A stretch of 63,843 nt of DNA, filler included. It is 17 parts of 17 records of this genome, joined end to end, with 100 filler letters (N's around TTAATTAATTAA, not from the genome) between each part and the next. Parts side by side here need not be neighbours in the genome. Positions count along the whole stretch, not along the records: positions 1 to 5,271 come from SRR9188676_2623; positions 5,372 to 8,825 come from SRR9188676_2651; positions 8,926 to 12,078 come from SRR9188676_2658; 14 more parts are not named here. One strand, 5' to 3'. The translations under genes were made by a program, and so were the position numbers. The notes beneath the pieces are model-generated. The model had not been told where the DNA came from, did no database searches, and saw only the letters and a list, made by a program, of their open reading frames with translations. Positions 1-12,178 of this stretch are shown here, piece by piece (positions within the stretch are counted from its first letter, which is position 1; each line of letters begins with the position of its first letter).

Positions 1-36
1 AAAAAAAAGAAGAAAAAAAAAAAAAAAACTCTACCT

Positions 37-2128
37 CCGGACAGAATGCAAGGAAACAGTCCGACACGAGCGCAAAGTCCAATTTCAGCTCCAGGTCATC
101 TTCATTATTCTCCTCGGCAGCACTATCTCTGTTCTCATTCACATTATTCTCATCTCCGTTTTCATTCGCACCCCCCCCCCATCTGCATCCCCCCCCACCT
201 CCTCGGAACTAATATTTCCTGAGTTGGTAGTTCTAAGTGTAGGTGTAGGTGTCCTTCGTAGTGATGTGGTATTGTTATTGTTACTAGAGTAATAATTTGC
301 GTTAGCTTGGGCATTCATCGCAGCTTCAATAGCTGGGGTGGTAACAAGCACACCCCCTGGGGTTGTGATAGGCCGTACAGCGCCCCCACTACCCTGACGT
401 GACAACTTATTTGGGCTAGGGAACATAGAACTGCCTGAAGAATTGCTCGTAGTGCCAGGTCCTGTGCTGCTACTGGTCATGTCCTTAGCGCGCATGATTT
501 CGGGAACACGTCGTAGGGACGCGTGGAAGCGGTCTGCGGTGATGTGGCCTGTGGGTGCGGTCTGACGGAATTCGGATATCAGTGCGGATAAATGGTCCAA
601 TCGAACTGAAATAGGGAAGCGAAAATGAAAAGAAAAACAGAGAACAAGAGACATGAGAAAGAGAGTGAGAGGGAGGGAGGAAAGGAGAGGCAGATAGTCA
701 GAAAAATGTCGATGAAGAATATACTGTGTGTCCTGACATTATACCCATTATCAGACATTCTAGCCATTATGAGCTTATTTCTTTATGAATGAGTGGGGGT
801 GTGGGAAACCACCGACCCAGCCTCACATGCATACATTGAAAGCAGATTCATTCAAGTCAGAACGATCAACCCCTTCAGGCTCATAAATTGTAAGGAGACC
901 AATCAAGCTGAGCAGAAGATATCCCAGACGCAGGATATCATTGTCACATCGCTTGTAAGGTAAAATTCTTGTGTTCGATAAGTAGTCTGGGTGGACATCA
1001 TGGAGTCTCTATCGATATGTGCTGGGATGGGATGTCAAATTGGATGTGTGTCGAGATCCAAAAACCAAAAATCCAAATCAATATGAACATCTCAGCACGT
1101 ACTCTTGCTATGTTTCACGAGGTTGAACGATTGGAGCCTTCTGTTCAGTACAGGAGGGATTTTTGGCGGGAAAACGGAGACAAAGGATGTGGTTTCTGAA
1201 ACAGGCGCGGACTGAGATCGGCTGTACATGTCTTTATGCTGTGACATGGAAGTTCCCGCGCGAGTTGGCGACGTGCGAGGAGGGGAATTAGGTGGTAATG
1301 TGTGATTATGGCCATGGTGACGACGGTTCCCCTTAGGGCTGTGTGATCGATGCAATGCATTTTGCGTAGGTAAATGTTTCTCAAGAACATTACGAGTCCT
1401 GGGGGTGGAAAAGATGGGATGCAGCTTGGATCGGACTTTCCGAATTGGATCTGGATCTTGCGGATCAATGAGTTTGGATAGAGATCCAAGATCTGTGCTT
1501 GTGGAGAGATTCACTGCAAGAGAGAAATAATATATTGGAAATGGCTTGGTAAGGATCATCATCATTTCTTGTTTTCCAAGGAAATATTGAAGCAATGCGA
1601 AAAGAAAACTTACCAGCTGAAGTCATGAATGTTGAATCGTTCGGGAGTGTACCATTCATCGAGGACATACTTGTATCCTCGAGCTTTTTAGACTGGGTTG
1701 AATCGAAAGAGGAAAGAGATAGGGAGCTAGTGATTTTTGTCAAAAAGTTGGCTTGTTGCTTGTATAATTCTAGTGGTTTTGGCTGTCGAATAAGCTTTCC
1801 GCCACTATCGAGTGGAGCAGGATAGAAGCCAAGAAACCCTGAGAAAAAGAATCGTAAGGAAACTGTGAGGATGCGCATCTATTGCAATCAGACAAGAAGG
1901 GGGAAACCTACCAACATTGTCTTTGGAATATCGAAATCCGTCTTGGCAGCTTGTACCAAGGCCACGGAGTTGTCTCCGTTCAATTTTCCTAGGCCTGAAA
2001 GGATGGTTAGTTGCAATCGATGAGATAAATGCGAGGTTGAAATACCTTGCTTGTGGCGGACGCCAAAGATTCTCGATATTACTCTCATATGTGCCACTAG
2101 ATTCATTTTTTAATGACCTTCTACCCAT
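37..2128 (-). CDS. Multi-exon protein of unknown function (3' truncated)
   Basis: ATG at 2128. Phase-consistent GT-AG joins at 1614/1513 and 1103/605 link ORF pieces 1805-2128, 1465-1878, 1092-1595 and 139-654. Reading continues to a donor near 36 after a probable homopolymer indel at 171-180. No recognised domain. Confidence 0.6.
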
Positions 2129-2243
2129 GAAAATATGCTGAAAAACACGAAAGAATGAGCTCTGATTGTTCTTTTATTAGATTATTCTCGAATGCAAGTC
2201 GAAGTTTTGTTTGGCGCGTTCTGCATTTTATCCCCTGACAAAG

Positions 2244-2990
2244 ATGGAATTCGAAGATGTGAACGGTGTAGAATGGGGTGAAAGCGATGATAGCGAAATC
2301 ATGCCTCGGGCACTTCCGGTTGGTGATGATGATGACGATACCTCGTTTGATGCTTCTGTTCCCCCTGCGACCGCTGAGGAATACCTTCGGATGGTTCGCC
2401 GTGAGGCAAAAGCCTGTCCAAATGTTGTCGTTGCGCGAAATATTGATCCACGAAAATTTGATCACAAACAAACAGCATATATGAAGCCTCCCCCAGAGAT
2501 ATCCAAATGTTCTCCTGAATTCCTTCCCAAACCCGTTTGGGTTGCATACTTTATTGAGGACTTTGAAGAACTCTCTGCCTCATTGGCCGAATGTATGCCA
2601 ACAACAAATCAAGCTATTCCTTCTCATCAAGATGCAGATATCTGGCGGGAAGCACTCTATCCTGATGCATCAACAACCCCTCTTTCCCCGAATGTTTCCA
2701 TGCTTATGGCGCTCGATCAAGTCTCTGTGAAATGGCTGATTTCTCAGCATATACAATGGATGAAAGAAAAGCCAATGTGTGATGAAATTACAGCACAATG
2801 GCTCTTTGCGCTATTTGCACGATTAGATCGACCTTTGGACGCTGACACTGCCTCTGATCTTCGGGATCTTCTTCGTATTCTTGCAAAATATAGAGCATCA
2901 TTATCATCTTTAGAGGATGAATCTCTCCCTCGACTGAACATTTTGATTTCAATCATCTCTGTTTTCTTTGGTCAAGCTGAGACTGAATAA
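2244..2990 (+). CDS. GEMIN2: Gemin2 / SMN-interacting protein 1 (intronless)
   Basis: Motifs AEEYLRMVRREAKACPNVVVA, WLFALFARLDRPLDADTASDLRDLLR and C-terminal LNILISIISVFFGQ. First in-frame ATG is at 2244. Confidence 0.92.
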   Translation: MEFEDVNGVEWGESDDSEIMPRALPVGDDDDDTSFDASVPPATAEEYLRMVRREAKACPNVVVARNIDPRKFDHKQTAYMKPPPEISKCSPEFLPKPVWVAYFIEDFEELSASLAECMPTTNQAIPSHQDADIWREALYPDASTTPLSPNVSMLMALDQVSVKWLISQHIQWMKEKPMCDEITAQWLFALFARLDRPLDADTASDLRDLLRILAKYRASLSSLEDESLPRLNILISIISVFFGQAETE

Positions 2991-3205
2991 ATCTGCATGT
3001 TCTCTTTCATCCTTTTGTGTCCTCTTCAGTTTTGTGAAGAATACTAAAAAAAAATTAGAGAGAAAATTGCTGGGAAATTCTCAAAAATCCTCACATGCGG
3101 ATTCATCAGCGGGGTCAGTTAGTGCCACAACTCCGGACATAAAAATGAAAGGTGCCGAAAAAATAAAAAGAAAAAAGCGGAACAAATTGTGCACAAAAAC
3201 GAGCA

Positions 3206-4908
3206 ATGTCTTGGCTTTCAAGCTCGTTAAACTATGCTATTTCATCACTAGAAAAGCTTGATAGTGCAGCTGCAGCGATAGCTCAAAAGCCAGACCTTCC
3301 AAAGTCAGCAGATGAGCCTCAAGGTCTGACTCATTTGCATCGATTCGATCTGAGAGTTCTCATGCCTTTTCTCCTTTTACTTCTTTTTGATTTTGATAGA
3401 ATCAACAACACTCGAAAGCAATGCTGATAGCTCCAGCCCATGGACTCAAGACACTGCTGCCAGTCTGAAAGAGAAACGTGAACAGAGAAAGATGACACGA
3501 GAACTGGCGCGAAAGAAACCAGGTCTTAATGCGCAAAGAGTGGGTAAGGCCTTTTGTTTATACCCTATCGATTTTTTTTAGTCCAGTTTTTTTTTACTGA
3601 TTAGATTTTCAGGGCCGACACTCAAGAGACAAACCAGCGATGAAGTGAAAATTCCTCCCTCGGAAGGATCTTCGATGTCTAGACATGATTCCGAGCCATC
3701 ATTTTCTGCAATTAATGCTCAACCTACTGTGAAAGAATCTTCACCACTAGAACATCAAGAGCCTCCAGTGCCTCCACTCCCCAAGCCCGCACCAGCATCA
3801 TCTCCCAGAGCTCCACAATTAGCTTCAATCAGTCAGATCGATTCCACTGCACCATCATCATCTACTAAAGTTCCCCTATTGGCTTCCATTGGCCAAATCG
3901 ATGCCGCTACCATTGAGCTCCAACACACCTCACCAACATACACACCCAGATCTGATAAGGACGAAGACCTGTCTGCAAACGGTTCAGGTAAAACACCTAC
4001 CCCAACATCCCCTAGCTCCCATGGCTACTATCGCGATTCGGAGGGCTGGGGGGACCACTCCGAGGGGGAACTCTCGAGCGGGAAGTCCTCGTACCAACAC
4101 ATTGAAAAGCGCGTTGCTTCCCATTCGAGTATGTCCTCTTGGGAATTGCCTACCCCTGGGGATGAGTCCTCGCGATCGAATGGCGAAGGTAGCCCAATTA
4201 TCTCGGTCACAAGCATTGTCTCCAAGACTTTACCACATGCACTATCTCCAGCTGTGGAACAACCTGATGGCCAGTCCAAATCATCTTCTCTCTTCTTGCA
4301 TAGTGAAGTTCCCCTGTCAGAACCGCCCACCGGATTTGTCGAACTAGATTCTCAAGAAATCGAGCAGATTTCCTCTGCCACTCGAATGTCCTCTCCAGAA
4401 AAGGAGGACAATCGTCTGGTAGATGCGAATACAGCTCAAGATGATGATCACACTCTTCAAAACCCAGATTCTGGATTGCCTCACATATCCACATCAACTC
4501 CGTCCCATGCGATGCGTTCAGATGATGTGACATCTGCGCACTATGCACATCCAAACGCAGATACAACCGACGAAAACGAAAAGAACGAAAATGCCCTCCA
4601 GAAAGTCGAATCATTTGACTCAGAAACGGACTCGCATGTCGCATCAGTCACATCTGATCAGGACTTGCAAGAAAATCCGCCACAGAAAAACCAGGAGAAT
4701 GATAATAATAATGAGCAGGACCAAAATCAGGACTCATTGTCTGACACTTCCTTTTCCCTCCACAATGCCCCAGACCTTGCAACCCACGTGGCAGATATTG
4801 TGCAATCCCCGATTCCGATGTTCATGTCGGTGACCATGGATCATGAACATTTGAAACGATTGCATATTTTGGAGGGGGAGCTCCAAGAAGCCCAACAGAC
4901 CATTTCAG
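3206..4908 (+). CDS. Golgin-84/GC2-like protein, 5' part
   Basis: N-terminus MSWLSSSLNYAISSLEKLDSAAAAIA resembles the golgin-84/plant GC1-2 N-terminal vesicle-capture motif (MSW...L..LD..AA). It is followed by short introns, a long S/P/D-rich disordered exon and the start of a coiled coil (LKRLHILEGELQEAQQTIS) before a donor at 4909. Confidence 0.55.
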
Positions 4909-5271
4909 GTATCCAATCCCCTGACCAACTATTATTCTATCCATTATGAGCTTCTTTATATACAGTCAACCGTCTCGTATTAACCGGACCCCAAACCCCA
5001 AATTCTCCTTCCTCAATTTAAGGAATATTCTAAGAATTTGGGGCTTGGACCCCGTTTGCGATGAGGAGGGTTGACTGTATCGCTCTTTTTACTGCTGCCT
5101 TTTATTTTGTTTTCTCCACTGCCAGCTTGTACTCTCCTACTTCCTCCGCATTCCATATTGGTTTCACAATTAGCTCTTGATTCCGTTAGTTCCTTTTCCT
5201 TTTCCTTCTTGAATTTTCCGTTTCGCCCATGTTCACTGCAATCTCTCTCTCCCTCTCTTTCTCTCTCTCTC

Positions 5272-5371
5272 NNNNNNNNNNNNNNNNNNNNNNNNNNNNN
5301 NNNNNNNNNNNNNNNTTAATTAATTAANNNNNNNNNNNNNNNNNNNNNNNNNNNNNNNNNNNNNNNNNNNN
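5272..5371. other. Artificial contig-joining spacer (first of 16)
   Basis: N44-TTAATTAATTAA-N44, with stops in all six frames. It recurs identically at 8826, 12079, 15143, 21312, 23654, 26512, 28792, 31216, 33604, 36035, 41893, 46249, 49176, 58401 and 60847, 100 nt each. Confidence 0.99.
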
Positions 5372-5559
5372 GGATATCAAGAGAAGACACAAATACATCA
5401 GGACATCAGTTTCCCACCCATCCCTCCCCTGGGCTTTCCTTTTTATACATGCGTTGTTCCTCAACGTTTATTCTTTTCCCTCATTACTCTCGTAGACGTC
5501 CAGATGTAAGGCTGTTTGTGATATGAATCTGTATGATATGCTATTTGTGGGGTGTACCA

Positions 5560-6664
5560 TGCCGTCGAAGGGGCGTGACCTCGTGCACAGCTCGTACAGC
5601 ACACACCCCGCTGACCACATATCACTCTTTTCGTTGTACCTACAAACACAGAGAGTTATGATGAACATGAAGTCCGAGAGAAGTGGAGACGGCGGCCTAG
5701 GATGGGCTGTGATGGGATGAGATGCGATAGATTGACGTACGGCATTCCCTGGCAGATTTCCGGCGACAGGTTGAAAGGAGTTCCGCACACCTAAACAACG
5801 ATAACATTAGGAAGCACGATCACTTGCTCATTGGGAATATCAAGGAGAACATACAGTTTGAGCAAAGTTTGATTTACTGGACAGCACTCGAGCGAGACCA
5901 AAGTCACCGAGCTTCACTATTTGTGCAGTATATCAGTTTCTGGTTTTGTGCCAGGAGCGATAGTACCTTCGTTTTGCTTTGTCAAAAAGATATTTTCCGA
6001 TTTCAAATCGCGATGTAGCACACGGTTTGAGTGAATATGAGATAAGGCCTGCACAATGCTGGTGAAACATTTCAAAATCTCCTACAGGTAGCGTGTGTTG
6101 ATCAGATGGAGGAGGCAGAGGAAGAAACAGAACAAAATAAAGATATACCGGTTCGCTAAAGGGGGAAAATCGCTTTTGAATTCTTTCTTGAAGAGTACCC
6201 CCTGAAAATGACAGGATGAATTCAAAGACCAGGCCGGGATGATTTGTACTTTACCATCAGAGTATTCCATAACAATATTGAGGTAGGGTCCTTGAATGAA
6301 CATATCAATGAAACTAATGATGTTTGGATGATGCAGAGACTGGAGCACTCTGGAGGAAGGATATCAGCTCTCAATGAGAAATATATGCATCGAAAAGAAT
6401 GTCATTGAAAAGAATGTCCGTCGTACTTGGCTTCGGCTAGTGCATCATCACGCTCTTGCTGGGACATAAGTCCAATATTCACCTATTCATTTCAGGTAAG
6501 TTTTCATGATATTTCCAAGAGACTTTGCAAACCTCTTTGCAAACAACGAGCGCCCCATCAGATGCACGTTCCACCAGGAAGGCGGCACCGTATGCACCCC
6601 GCCCAAGACATCCCTTTCGGTTCCGATACTCATCAGCTTTTCCTAATGTTCCTGACGTCGCCAT
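5560..6664 (-). CDS. NEK: NIMA-related (NEK) Ser/Thr protein kinase, 3' truncated
   Basis: Spliced exons give LGRGAYGAAFLV..VCKEV, AEAKVLQSLHHPNIISF..LNIVMEYSDGGTL, VLHRDLKSENIFL, VKLGDFGLARVL, VCGTPFNLSPEICQGMP and YNEKSDMWSAGCVLYELCT. Confidence 0.93.
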
Positions 6665-6810
6665 ATGATCTCAATACGACAAAAAACACCCGGCGATTTT
6701 TTTCCCTTCAGGGGATAGTAGCCCTTGATTGGTCGAGAGGAAGTTTATTTTAACGGCAAAGGGAGGTTTTTGTTTCCGGATCTCTTGATCTGCACTGTGA
6801 CGTGAAAAAA

Positions 6811-7409
6811 ATGGTTCTGCATGACCGTCATCACGCCTGGCGTTTCCACCCTCATTTCGATCGTAAAAATCAGGTATTCATCATGCTTTTTGGTTTCGGT
6901 TTCGGTTATTTGTCTCACCAAAAAATATAATTCTAGTTGCGTGTGCCTGGTCTGAAATACGCCTTCATCATCTTCGGAAGCTTCTTGGTTGCTGAAACGT
7001 TATTTTTCCCTAAGGTGAACATCGATAACGCTCTTTGGATGGTTTTACTCTATATTGCTTGAGCTTTCCGTTCCGTCTGAAATTGTCGTCTTTTCAATTT
7101 GCTCGATCTGCGCGAGATTCGCTTACTTTTTAATTTTTTTTCCCTTATTGCTTTTCTTACAATCAGCTGTCAAAGCTAAGTTCTTCAAGCATATGACTAT
7201 TATGATGAATTTTTGGATCATTATTTAGTTCCACGAACTGATCGCATGCTTCAGTCCAGCACTCCAATCCGACCGATCCAATACTTATTCCTCTCTTCAC
7301 CCTTGTAAATTTGTAGAGCTCCCACGGTCATGGTCACGGCGATGCGTCTCATGATAACCATGGTGCTGTTGTGCAAGTCAAGTCCCCGTGGGCCAACCAT
7401 TCCTATTAA
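6811..7409 (+). CDS. NDUFB3: NADH dehydrogenase (complex I) beta subcomplex subunit 3 (B12)
   Basis: Absent from the ORF track. Exons 6811-6873, 6937-7014 and 7317-7409 (all phase 0) give MVLHDRHHAWRFHPHFDRKNQLRVPGLKYAFIIFGSFLVAETLFFPKSSHGHGHG...*. This matches the AWR-x-H/PG-TM-His-tail pattern of NDUFB3. Confidence 0.82.
7187..7251 (+). ncRNA. Candidate intronic small RNA (box C/D snoRNA-like; also contains an Sm-site sequence)
   Basis: In NDUFB3 intron 2. Box C ATGATGA at 7202-7208 and box D CTGA at 7238-7241. Terminal stem AAGCATATGA (7187-7196) pairs with TCGCATGCTT (7242-7251) at 9/10 positions including one G-U. AATTTTTGG lies at 7208-7216. Confidence 0.4.
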
Positions 7410-7452
7410 TCAATCTTCCGAATGTAAATAATATATAAACTCTTTATAATCA

Positions 7453-8825
7453 TCATGTGATTTCTGCTGTTAAATTTGCTATTGTCCCTGAACGACTCCG
7501 AAGCTTCTTAAAGAAAAAGTCACCTCGGACACTTTTCCCTCGACTGCGAAGCGTCCGAGTCGGAGTTTGAGGTGTTTGGTTTGAGGCTGATGAGAGGGAG
7601 CTTGGATCATGATGAATTGGCGAGCCTGTCAGCATTGAATGCGAGCCATGTCGCGATGAGGCGGTGTCCCAGGCTGCCTTGTGGTTCAGGCTCGAGGCGC
7701 TGCTCTCATTCTCAACGGCATGAGCGCTCCCCACTGCTGATTCATCATGACTGCAAGAATCAGAGTCCCAGACAAAGAATACACATCACATGAACCGACA
7801 GAACAAAATATTAGACAGAAAGAGGCGCTTAAAGAGAGGAGAATGGCAGACGCACATCCACGGGTGTTAGCAAGAGGGACAGAGCGGAATAAATGAAAGG
7901 GGTAGGACGTACGTGTGGTGGTTAAAATGAGAGGATTGGGACAGAGCAGATGTATCATGCGGGGAGATTGATGACCAACGGGCTAGGCGAGACGGGCGTG
8001 GCGACTGCAGAGACTGCTTATCTGAGAGTTTATCCGAGGGCCGATCGGGGCGTGTGATTCGTGGGGAGGATGCGTGTGCGCCTACATGTGGATGTGGATG
8101 TGCGGGTGCGGGTGAAGGGCGAGCCGCCCGGATGTCCAGGTCCGACCCCGTGCTTCCGCTGGTCTCGCTGCCCACATCAGCATCATCATCATCATCATCA
8201 TTGTCTCGTCGCCGCCTGTGTGGCCGGTCTCCTTCCACACTACCTTGCCTATCTCTGCGCCGTCTATCACTTCCTTGCCTCTCACTGCCTTGGCTCTCAC
8301 TGTGCTGTGTGTCGCTGTCCTGCCCATCCTGCCTTTCCTGACCATCATCGTCCTCCCGTGCACGAGTGATCCTCGTGCTGTGTGCATGGTTGCTCAGGCC
8401 GCGCTGCGAGTTGGTGTGTGTCTGTGTTTGTGAGAGTGTGTGTGGGTGGGGGCGACCGGGGTGTGTACGGTGGTCTGCCTGGGGCTCACGGATGTCCGAG
8501 GCGGTGTTGTCCACATCATCGAGCTGCAGGCACTGCATGGACTCCAGCAGGGTGGGGTGGCTGCCCTGTGCGGAATGGGAGAGATGCATGTGCCCGGTGC
8601 CTACGTCTGCGCCGAGGTCCGGCAGGGCGGAGTCGATGGGGGCGGGGTCTAGGGGGGTGCCATCTGCAGCGAACAGCTTACGTGGCACGACGGCATGGGC
8701 CGCCCCCGCCGCGCCCACCGCCATGGCACGCACCTCGAGGTCAAGCACATCGCACGCTGGAACGTCAGAGAGGGCATCTCCATCTCCATCTCCATAACCA
8801 TCACCATCACCATCACCATCACCAT
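7453..8825 (-). CDS. Low-complexity protein, C-terminal exons
   Basis: A GC-rich open frame to a donor at 7912 joins in phase 2 to exon 7750-7453, which ends FFFKKLRSRSGTIANLTAEIT*. No domain recognised. Confidence 0.6.
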
Positions 8826-9110
8826 NNNNNNNNNNNNNNNNNNNNNNNNNNNNNNNNNNNNNNNNNNNNTTAATTAATTAANNNNNNNNNNNNNNNNNNN
8901 NNNNNNNNNNNNNNNNNNNNNNNNNTTTTTTTTTTTTCTATGCCCCTCTCCCTCTCTCTCCCTCCCTGCATATGTGTGTATATATTGTCTTTCTTTCCCT
9001 TCTGGGTGAGTATTTTTCTGGTCGGAAACCAGGACACAGATACTTCTTACACAATCACACTAATTTTCTTGTTTGTTGTTTGATTTTTTTTTTTTTCAAC
9101 TCCCTTTCAG

Positions 9111-12078
9111 GAGAGTATCCTACTTGAGGAAACGATCAAAAGACACGAAATTCTCCGAGCCCAGAATGCCAAAGCCAGATCTGCACGTGAACGGTCGCCA
9201 AATTCTCGCGCCCATTCACACTCCCACACACACGCCCTTTCGGCCCGTCACTCGCGCCCTCTCACGGTCGTCACCTCACGCCCTGACGGCTCCTCGGAAA
9301 CCGTCCAGCTCATCGAACCCCCCCCTATGGACTTTGCATCCTTCCACACCCTCACCCACACGCACTCTCATACACACGCATCCACTCGTTCCCATACACA
9401 CACCCATTCGGAAAACCCCGGCTCCAACCCCCACACACCCCGCATCTCTACCACAGCCAACTACTTCGAAAATTCTGACACTTTCCAAACTGGATCCCAA
9501 TCACATAAATCACGCAATCCACATCACAAACATAGACGTGTAACGGACACTACTTTAAACCCAATAACATCACATCAAAACCCAACCCAAATCCCAGCTA
9601 TAAGTCTGGGGATGGAAAGTGCCACTGCAAGGGATAGATCCGACGTGTCCACACCTCGTACCCCCCATATACCCTCTCGTCCTGATCATTCCCGACAAAA
9701 TTCAAATATCCATCATCCAGGTGCAGCATCCGCGCCCTTACCTTCCCGTCATATCACAATCACTCAAGACACTGACAAGGATAAGTATCCTTCAGAAACC
9801 GAGGCTAGAAATCAAGCCGCACTCACTCATGATCATACAGAAAATCCTGGACAATCTACCCGTAACCATAATCATAATCATAATCAAACTACAGAGATTG
9901 ATGTGAGCGCGTCAAAACTACCACAGTCCCTTATCGACAACTATAACCGCTTAGCAAGTCCCAGAAAATCTTCACCCCCGAAAAAAACGAAGTCCAAAAC
10001 CATGCAAAATCAGAACCACGCAAACCATCACAATCATCACCCTATGCACGAGTCCTACGATACTTTGCATTTTGTGCCGAGCGCATTCTACATCCCCCCT
10101 TCTCTGAAAAGACTCCCAGATGACCCGCAGTACATAGAAAGCATCACTACACCTCGAGACAGAGAGAGCTATTCGGCACGCTCGAGGAAGAGCGGGAAAT
10201 CGTCAAGAGAAAGTAGAAGTATCCATACTGCCAACTCTTCGCTTAGTAATAGCACATCAACGTTAAGTTCTGGAATTTTCCAGAATTCTATGCCGATTTC
10301 CACAGGCTATACTGTCACAACGGTGGATTCTGCTTATGACATTTTGCAAGTTGGACCTTCCCTCCCTCAACCCATACCACCTACCCGACCATCCCATACG
10401 CTCACCCACACGCCACGTGGTCAAACCACATCACACAACCATACGACAGTAGCAGCAAAGTCACAACCCCCCCACACATCATCATCATCTGCATCATTTT
10501 CCCTCAACTCTTCCTCCTCACACGCACGTGATTTGCCCACCCATACCCCCCCTAGCCGTACCCCCCCTGCCCAGCAACTACGCTCGATTCTAAAGCCATC
10601 TCTACCCTTCAGCCAACGAGACGAAAACACATCATCAACCGGAGATCCATATACCCTCTCCCCAACACATCCTCCCTCAGCATCATCAGGTCATCGTGTA
10701 AATCTAGACATTGCAACAAAATTTAATGATGATTCATCCGATACTCCGACACCTGCCGCTAACCCTACCCCCTTTTCTAACACCCCCCCTGCAGACCCTA
10801 TTCCTTCAACAAGTACCGCTGACCCCACATCTGACCCACAGGGTACCCCCCTCGTACCCCCCATAGACTCTGCTGTTTCTCCTTCACAAATTATCTCCAA
10901 CCTCCCCCCCTTACCAACCGAATCGTCTCTGCATGACCTCACAAATGAGCTAGAAAAGACCGAATTTTCATCCCCGGCTATTAATAGCACAAATCAAGAC
11001 CAAACCATGGTAGTACCACCCTCGGACCCTACTTTAGACCCACATCAGCCTAGCTCTGGTTTCACTGTCGACCCATACACAGGAATTCTCTCAAGTACCT
11101 CTCTGGATCTACCCTCAGATCCGAATATCGCTACACCGAATTCTGTTCACGATCACATCAGTCCTGAAAGTGTGAAAGATGTACCCCCACAAGCTGTTGA
11201 GAATGGAAATGTAGCTGTTCCTACTCCTGATGGGACTGAAAATGACAGCAATATACCTCCTCCTGACCCCGATCTAGAAGGACTAGGACCAGATTCTACC
11301 GCACAGCCCTCTGATGTCAATGATATGCAAAGTAATAATCTTACTGATAAGAACTACAATCTAGAGGATGGAGCCCTGGAGCAAGATGATGCGAGTAATA
11401 TCCTGGAACAAGATCAGATTCTTGAAAATGATATTTTGTACTCCGAAGGCTCACGGATTGATGGCTTTGGTAGTGTGAATGTTGATGAAAACGGTGCACA
11501 AAATTCGAGTTTGATATCAGAAACGGGTGAAGAAAACCCCCCACCCATGCACTCTACGCTACAGAAAGTTGTATCGGCGTCATTGACATCTCAATCCCCT
11601 GTTCATTCACATGCCCATCCCCATGCACATCACACGCATCCCCACCCTCACCCAAATCATAGTGAAACTCACAGCCATCCATCACATAAGCCACCTCATC
11701 GGAAATCTCTCTCAGCAGATAAGGTGCCGAACTTGGACCTGTCACGTGTTACGAATTCCGATACCCATATCCATCATCAACCTCATACATCCCACCATCC
11801 TACCCATCCGGACTCGCACCACACATCACATTTACCCTCCCACCCACACCCACACACCACACACACTCTTACCCACACTACCCTACCACTCGGACCCCTC
11901 TCGGACCGAGGCTCAAAATCTAAGCGTCATACTATTCACACGTTTTCAACCGATACTAAATCACATAACTCTATATCAACATCAATCCCCTCATCTCTCC
12001 CTGCCTCCGGTGCGCCTATGCCACGTCTTACCCCCCATATCAAATATGTGTCCAATATCCCGATGAAGCCATACCCCC
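9111..12078 (+). CDS. Large S/P/T/H-rich disordered exon of an unknown protein
   Basis: Polypyrimidine tract plus CAG acceptor at 9110, in frame with the 935-aa ORF. Open to the contig end. Confidence 0.7.
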
Positions 12079-12178
12079 NNNNNNNNNNNNNNNNNNNNNN
12101 NNNNNNNNNNNNNNNNNNNNNNTTAATTAATTAANNNNNNNNNNNNNNNNNNNNNNNNNNNNNNNNNNNNNNNNNNNN

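Noticed and set aside
4909..4920. GTATCC donor as a U12-type intron
   Set aside because: It reads GTATCCAA rather than GTATCCTT, and the intron's 3' end is outside the contig.
2244..7251. Functional link between Gemin2 and the Sm-site-containing intronic RNA candidate
   Set aside because: They lie on different contigs, so their proximity is artificial.
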